Part shown: in pieces, positions 6,953 through 10,004 of the stretch
Layout of the letters: every line of letters starts with the position of its first letter
How positions within the stretch are numbered: position 1 is the first letter of the stretch
DNA from: Sulfurimonas sp.
GTDB taxonomy: Bacteria; Campylobacterota; Campylobacteria; Campylobacterales; Sulfurimonadaceae
Assembly: GCA_003978465.1 (NCBI GenBank)
Contig: QNZS01000073.1
Coordinates: forward strand, 1-10,004
Length of the DNA stretch: 10,004 nucleotides
Direction: 5' to 3'
Program-made: the position numbers and the translations under genes
Notes under the pieces: model-generated
What the model saw: only the letters and a program-made list of their open reading frames with translations
Told to the model about the DNA's origin: nothing
The model's database searches: none

Positions 6953-8229
6953 CAGTGTATACTCCTCCGGTTTCTGACCCCAAGGACTTCCTCTCGTGCT
7001 TGTTCAATTCCTATTTGCACCCTTCCTAAAAGTTCCTCACACTCCGACTGTGTCATTAACAAACCTGGTTTGAACTGAAGCACACTTGGGTCAAGTGCTG
7101 AAAAAATTGCCCAAACACCGTTTTCATAAAGATATTTCATAACCGGTTTTGCACCTTGTTCATGACTGAACTCTAAACCCATAATGAGACCGTGTTGACG
7201 AATACCTATAAAGAAATCCGAATACTCTTCCATAATTTCATCCAAACCTGATCGAATATAATCAGAAATAAAATGAACTACAGACCGAACTTCTGGACGT
7301 TGGACGATTTCAAGAGTTTTCATTGCTACCACACATCCAAGCTCTGCCCCACCCATCGTTGACATATGACCAAAACCATCTTCTTTTAACCAGCCACTAC
7401 ATTTTTCTGAAATTAAGACACAGGCAATTGGGTACATACCTCCAGAAATTCCTTTGCCGGTAACCATAATGTCAGGCTGGACTTTATACTTAGTACATCC
7501 CCAAAGTTCTCCTGTACGCATTAGACCTGTTTGAACTTCATCAGCTATATATAAGGTGTCGTATCGTTCACAAAGTTGTTTGACTGATGGAAGGTATCCT
7601 TCCTCTGGCATTGGGAAACCATATGTTGCTGGGATAGTTTCCATAATTACTGCAGCCACGTCTCGTCTTTTTAGAGCATCTTCCATTGTGTTGAGATCAT
7701 TGAACGGAACTTGGACAAATTCACCAACAGTATCTTCCGATAAAAATAATTTGGAAAAACGGTCATCTCCAGTTTTAACAGCCAGTCCTGTGTGACCATG
7801 ATAAGCTTTGATTATTGACACAATTTTTCTTCTCTGTGTGGCGTGACGTGCAGTTTTAAGCGCAATATCAACAGCTTCTCCGCCCCCTGAACCATATGCT
7901 GTATATCTCAACTCCGGACCAGGTGCACTCTCAGCCAAAGCCTCTGCTAAGGCAGTCCGTGCAAGTGCCGGAAAATGATGATTACCCATATCAAAGCGAG
8001 AAGTCCCAGCTTTTAGTACCTCAACCAACTCTGGATGTCGGTGCCCCAAATTATAGGTTCCTCCATTTAGATGGACATCAATCAAACGCCGACCATCCAT
8101 ATCATGAAGATAATATTTCTCTCGATGATCGATCACAAGATCAATCCCCATATCTTGCCAATCTTGTGTTTTTCCAGGATTCCAGAACGTTTTAGAACGT
8201 TCTAGAAAATCAATTTTTTCTTGACTCAT
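6952..8229 (-). CDS. class-III aminotransferase-fold PLP-dependent enzyme; candidate amino-alcohol O-phosphate phospho-lyase (or omega-transaminase)
   Basis: 425 aa. YGSGGGEAVDIALKTAR (PLP phosphate pocket), DEVQTGLMRTGELWG (class-III DEVQTGxGRTG block), candidate Schiff-base Lys in DIMVTGKGISGG. Confidence 0.8.
   Translation of the reverse strand: MSQEKIDFLERSKTFWNPGKTQDWQDMGIDLVIDHREKYYLHDMDGRRLIDVHLNGGTYNLGHRHPELVEVLKAGTSRFDMGNHHFPALARTALAEALAESAPGPELRYTAYGSGGGEAVDIALKTARHATQRRKIVSIIKAYHGHTGLAVKTGDDRFSKLFLSEDTVGEFVQVPFNDLNTMEDALKRRDVAAVIMETIPATYGFPMPEEGYLPSVKQLCERYDTLYIADEVQTGLMRTGELWGCTKYKVQPDIMVTGKGISGGMYPIACVLISEKCSGWLKEDGFGHMSTMGGAELGCVVAMKTLEIVQRPEVRSVVHFISDYIRSGLDEIMEEYSDFFIGIRQHGLIMGLEFSHEQGAKPVMKYLYENGVWAIFSALDPSVLQFKPGLLMTQSECEELLGRVQIGIEQAREEVLGVRNRRSIH
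6962..6968 (-). promoter_or_regulatory. Shine-Dalgarno (GGAGGAG) for the aldehyde dehydrogenase, inside the 3' end of the upstream gene
   Basis: Plus-strand CTCCTCC 9 nt upstream (mRNA sense) of the ATG at 6950-6952. Supports translational coupling. Confidence 0.6.
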
Positions 8230-8288
8230 TCTCTTTCATAGACAAGATGTGATTTAAGACGCAGGTCAAAGAGTTTTTCTAGCATCGA

Positions 8289-8302
8289 TAGTATTAATAC
8301 TA
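8289..8302. repeat. 14-bp perfect palindrome TAGTATTAATACTA in the operon upstream region (candidate operator)
   Basis: Self-complementary sequence about 60 bp upstream of the first operon gene. Overlaps the candidate -10. Confidence 0.4.
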
Positions 8303-8325
8303 AACATTGGGTATATTCCATTCAA
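8297..8325 (-). promoter_or_regulatory. candidate sigma70-type promoter of the minus-strand metabolosome operon (-35 TTGAAT, 17-nt spacer, -10 TAGTAT)
   Basis: Read on the minus strand: TTGAAT (plus 8320-8325), 17 nt, TAGTAT (plus 8297-8302), about 65 nt upstream of the ATG at 8229. Overlaps a 14-bp palindrome. Identified by eye only. Confidence 0.3.
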
Positions 8326-8384
8326 ATAACTATGTAAATAAGGTTGATAAAGGAAAATAATTTTTTTAAGAATCATATTGCGAC

Positions 8385-9614
8385 CTATGTATTTTGAATA
8401 GTTTTAACATAGTTTGCCCACCACACCATCATTTTTCTTCTTTCTTTTAGATACTTGTTTCTATTGTATCTATGTATTTTATTCAGTTCCGTGCATGCAA
8501 GTTGTTCCTCTATAACATTATGATACCAGAGACCGCTTTCACTCAATACCTCAGAAGCAAGAGTTCTGAGACCATTGATAGTGTTTCTTCCCGCGTATCC
8601 TAATCGATTTGAAAAATATAACAGTGTGTTTTCACTCATTGCTTTTTGTGAGTTACGGACTTGAGTAAATACATATCCATTCTTGCCGGAATATTCTTGC
8701 ATTTCTTTTAAGATACAAACTGCTTGAGAAGAAAGAGGAACATAATGTTCGCCTCTCATTTTCATTCTTGTTGATGGAATCACCCAAAGGGGTTCAGCAC
8801 AATCAATATCAAACTCACTCCAATCAGCAAAACGTAATTCTGAAGATCGAACGAAGGTTAATATAAGAAAGTTCATTGCAAGCACTGTAGATAGGTTTGT
8901 TACTTTGTCAGCTTTCATTCTTGAAAGAAATTCTGGAAGTTCTGAGATTGGAATTGAACTATGTGATTTTGGTTCCGGTTTTACAAAGGTCTTGTTTAGT
9001 CCTTTTGCTGGGTTGTTTATGCAAAGTTCATTAGTTTTTGCGTAGTTAAAAATTGATTCAAGTCTTTGCCGAATTCTATAACAGGTTTCGTGCTTCCCTA
9101 CGACTTCCAGTTTTTTTAACATTGAAATTACATCCTGTTTGTTGATCTTTACAATGGGTATTTCACCAAGATATGGAAAAACGTGGATGATAAGAGAATT
9201 GAATACAACCTTTGAATATTCCTTTGTCCATAAAGTTTCTTGTCTAACGTGCCATTCTTGGGCAACTTGTTGAAAAGTAAACCCTTTAATTTCTTCACGG
9301 CGTTTCTTTTTATCATAATTTTCTATATGCAAGCTACTCCTAAATCTTTTTTCATCAAGTGGATTGATCCCCTCCTTTATTTTTTTGTTTGCTTCATAAC
9401 GCCTAGATCTTGCTTCGGGCAATTTAACGTTTGGCCATTTCCCAAAAGATAATACTTTCTGTTTCCCTTCAAACCAAAATTGTAATTGCCAGTATTTTTT
9501 CCCATCAGGGTAAATCCTTAGGTACATGCCATCACCATCTGTCAATTTGTATTGTTTTTCTTTTGGTTTTGCCCGTTTAATTGCTAGCTCAGTAAGTTTA
9601 TTTGTACGATTCAT
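8385..9614 (-). CDS. int: tyrosine site-specific integrase, P4-like with DUF4102-type N-terminal arm-binding domain
   Basis: 409 aa. The N-terminus LTELAIKRAKPKEKQYKLTDGDGMYLRIYPDGKKYWQLQFWFEGKQKVLSFG is the typical P4-family integrase N-domain. The C-terminus carries box I R (LTFVRSSELRFADWSEFD), K (RMKMRGEHYVPLS), box II N-G-L-R, ...QLACTELNKIHRYNRNKYLKERRKMMVWWANY with the catalytic Tyr in HRYNR. Confidence 0.88.
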   Translation of the reverse strand: MNRTNKLTELAIKRAKPKEKQYKLTDGDGMYLRIYPDGKKYWQLQFWFEGKQKVLSFGKWPNVKLPEARSRRYEANKKIKEGINPLDEKRFRSSLHIENYDKKKRREEIKGFTFQQVAQEWHVRQETLWTKEYSKVVFNSLIIHVFPYLGEIPIVKINKQDVISMLKKLEVVGKHETCYRIRQRLESIFNYAKTNELCINNPAKGLNKTFVKPEPKSHSSIPISELPEFLSRMKADKVTNLSTVLAMNFLILTFVRSSELRFADWSEFDIDCAEPLWVIPSTRMKMRGEHYVPLSSQAVCILKEMQEYSGKNGYVFTQVRNSQKAMSENTLLYFSNRLGYAGRNTINGLRTLASEVLSESGLWYHNVIEEQLACTELNKIHRYNRNKYLKERRKMMVWWANYVKTIQNT

Positions 9615-9662
9615 GAAAAATTAATTATGTTGTATGTGTAAATTACCACTAAACTTTAATAG
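9468..9662. repeat. direct repeat copy A (~195 bp; int codons 1-49 plus ~48 bp upstream)
   Basis: Identical to 9810..10004 except for one mismatch (about 9563 vs 9905, K-to-I in the fragment). Coordinates read by eye, +/-1. Confidence 0.85.
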
Positions 9663-9809
9663 TTTACCACCATTATATAATACTAATTAACTATATATAT
9701 ATAATAAATATATCATATAGTTACAATGGATTATATATTGACCAAATGAGAAAAATTATATCTTATATCCTTTTTAAGGGAAACGAACCCGCGTTTAAAA
9801 TGATGCAAA
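9663..9809. other. AT-rich 147-bp spacer between repeat copies, containing a (TA)n tract
   Basis: ...actatatatatataataaatatatcatatag... with very low GC. No ORF. The sequence diverges from int immediately at the repeat boundary. Confidence 0.5.
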
Positions 9810-9957
9810 CTTCAAACCAAAATTGTAATTGCCAGTATTTTTTCCCATCAGGGTAAATCCTTAGGTACATGCCATCACCATCTGTCAATTTGTATTGTTT
9901 TTCTATTGGTTTTGCCCGTTTAATTGCTAGCTCAGTAAGTTTATTTGTACGATTCAT
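9763..9957 (-). pseudogene. truncated integrase 5' fragment (first 49 codons of the int N-domain, then out-of-context tail)
   Basis: MNRTNKLTELAIKRAKPIEKQYKLTDGDGMYLRIYPDGKKYWQLQFWFE is identical to the int N-terminus except K18I. It then reads into the AT-rich spacer (VCIILNAGSFPLKRI*). Confidence 0.75.
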
Positions 9958-10004
9958 GAAAAATTAATTATGTTGTATGTGTAAATTACCACTAAACTTT
10001 AATA
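9810..10004. repeat. direct repeat copy B (runs to the window edge; may extend further)
   Basis: See copy A. Truncated by the window end, so the true repeat length is unknown. Confidence 0.85.

Larger units (their letters stand above)
8385..10004 (-). mobile_element. integrase module / putative boundary of an integrative genomic island (int, duplicated att-like segment, int 5' remnant)
   Basis: Full int gene followed by a ~195-bp direct repeat, an AT-rich spacer and a truncated int copy. Runs to the window edge. Confidence 0.55.

Noticed and set aside
1181-8195. Antisense and shadow ORFs from the six-frame track (1181..1417-, 1303..1533-, 2625..2819-, 3060..3272+, 3466..3669+, 4286..4477+, 5337..5597+, 6053..6250+, 6372..6677+, 6724..6939+, 7556..7795+, 7896..8195+, 9240..9452+)
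   Set aside because: All lie inside well-supported genes on the opposite strand. Their translations are low-complexity (P-, S- or L-rich) with no recognisable motifs, as is typical of frame shadows.
8193-8204. 12-bp perfect palindrome TAGAACGTTCTA with a flanking AGAACGT direct repeat
   Set aside because: It lies inside the class-III enzyme coding sequence (codons for ERSKTFW). 12-bp palindromes are expected by chance a few times per 10 kb of AT-rich DNA.
9770-9812. Possible tRNA 3' fragment next to the integrase remnant (minus-strand GCGGGTTCGTTTCCC resembling a T-arm)
   Set aside because: The loop would be TTCGTTT (no conserved A58), there is no acceptor-stem complement and no CCA. The segment is actually translated as part of the tail of the int pseudogene. 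No tRNA is supported in this window.
1-10004. CRISPR arrays, rRNA/tRNA genes, IS elements with terminal inverted repeats
   Set aside because: No short regularly spaced repeats, no transposase-like ORF and no rRNA- or tRNA-like sequence were found. The only sizeable repeat is the int-associated direct repeat.
9468-10004. Apparent 1-nt coordinate inconsistency between my by-eye base counting and the ORF track (around 9420 and 9615)
   Set aside because: Most likely my own reading error in homopolymer runs. It is not a biological frameshift, so the CDS coordinates follow the ORF track and the repeat coordinates are given as approximate.

Overview
This ~37% GC window (GC estimated by eye, not computed) carries a bipartite bacterial-microcompartment (BMC, metabolosome) locus flanked by a P4-type tyrosine integrase module. 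On the plus strand sit the 3' end of a PotB-like ABC permease, a PotC-like ABC permease, a classical short-chain dehydrogenase (SDR) and an APH/choline-kinase-fold phosphotransferase. These converge on a tightly packed minus-strand operon: a class-III aminotransferase-fold PLP enzyme; a CoA-acylating aldehyde dehydrogenase with a C-terminal linker plus amphipathic helix (encapsulation-peptide-like); a tandem BMC-domain shell protein (BMC-T); a 148-aa unknown protein with an N-terminal amphipathic helix; a pentameric vertex protein (BMC-P, EutN/CcmL type); a BMC-H hexamer protein; and a second BMC-T. The enzyme set (SDR, APH-fold kinase, class-III PLP enzyme, acylating ALDH, shell) matches the logic of the actinobacterial RMM (aminoacetone / 1-amino-2-propanol) microcompartment. 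That pathway is B12-independent and runs amino alcohol to O-phosphate to aldehyde to acyl-CoA. Here it sits in a low-GC background, with a polyamine-type ABC importer and no PduL or alcohol dehydrogenase in the window. A 409-aa P4-like integrase (DUF4102-type N-terminus) lies immediately upstream of the operon. A ~195-bp near-perfect direct repeat duplicates the integrase 5' end plus its upstream region and creates a truncated integrase pseudogene. The metabolosome may therefore be cargo of an integrative island. Coordinates of features read by eye (repeats, palindromes, RBS) may be off by 1-2 nt. CDS coordinates follow the supplied ORF track.
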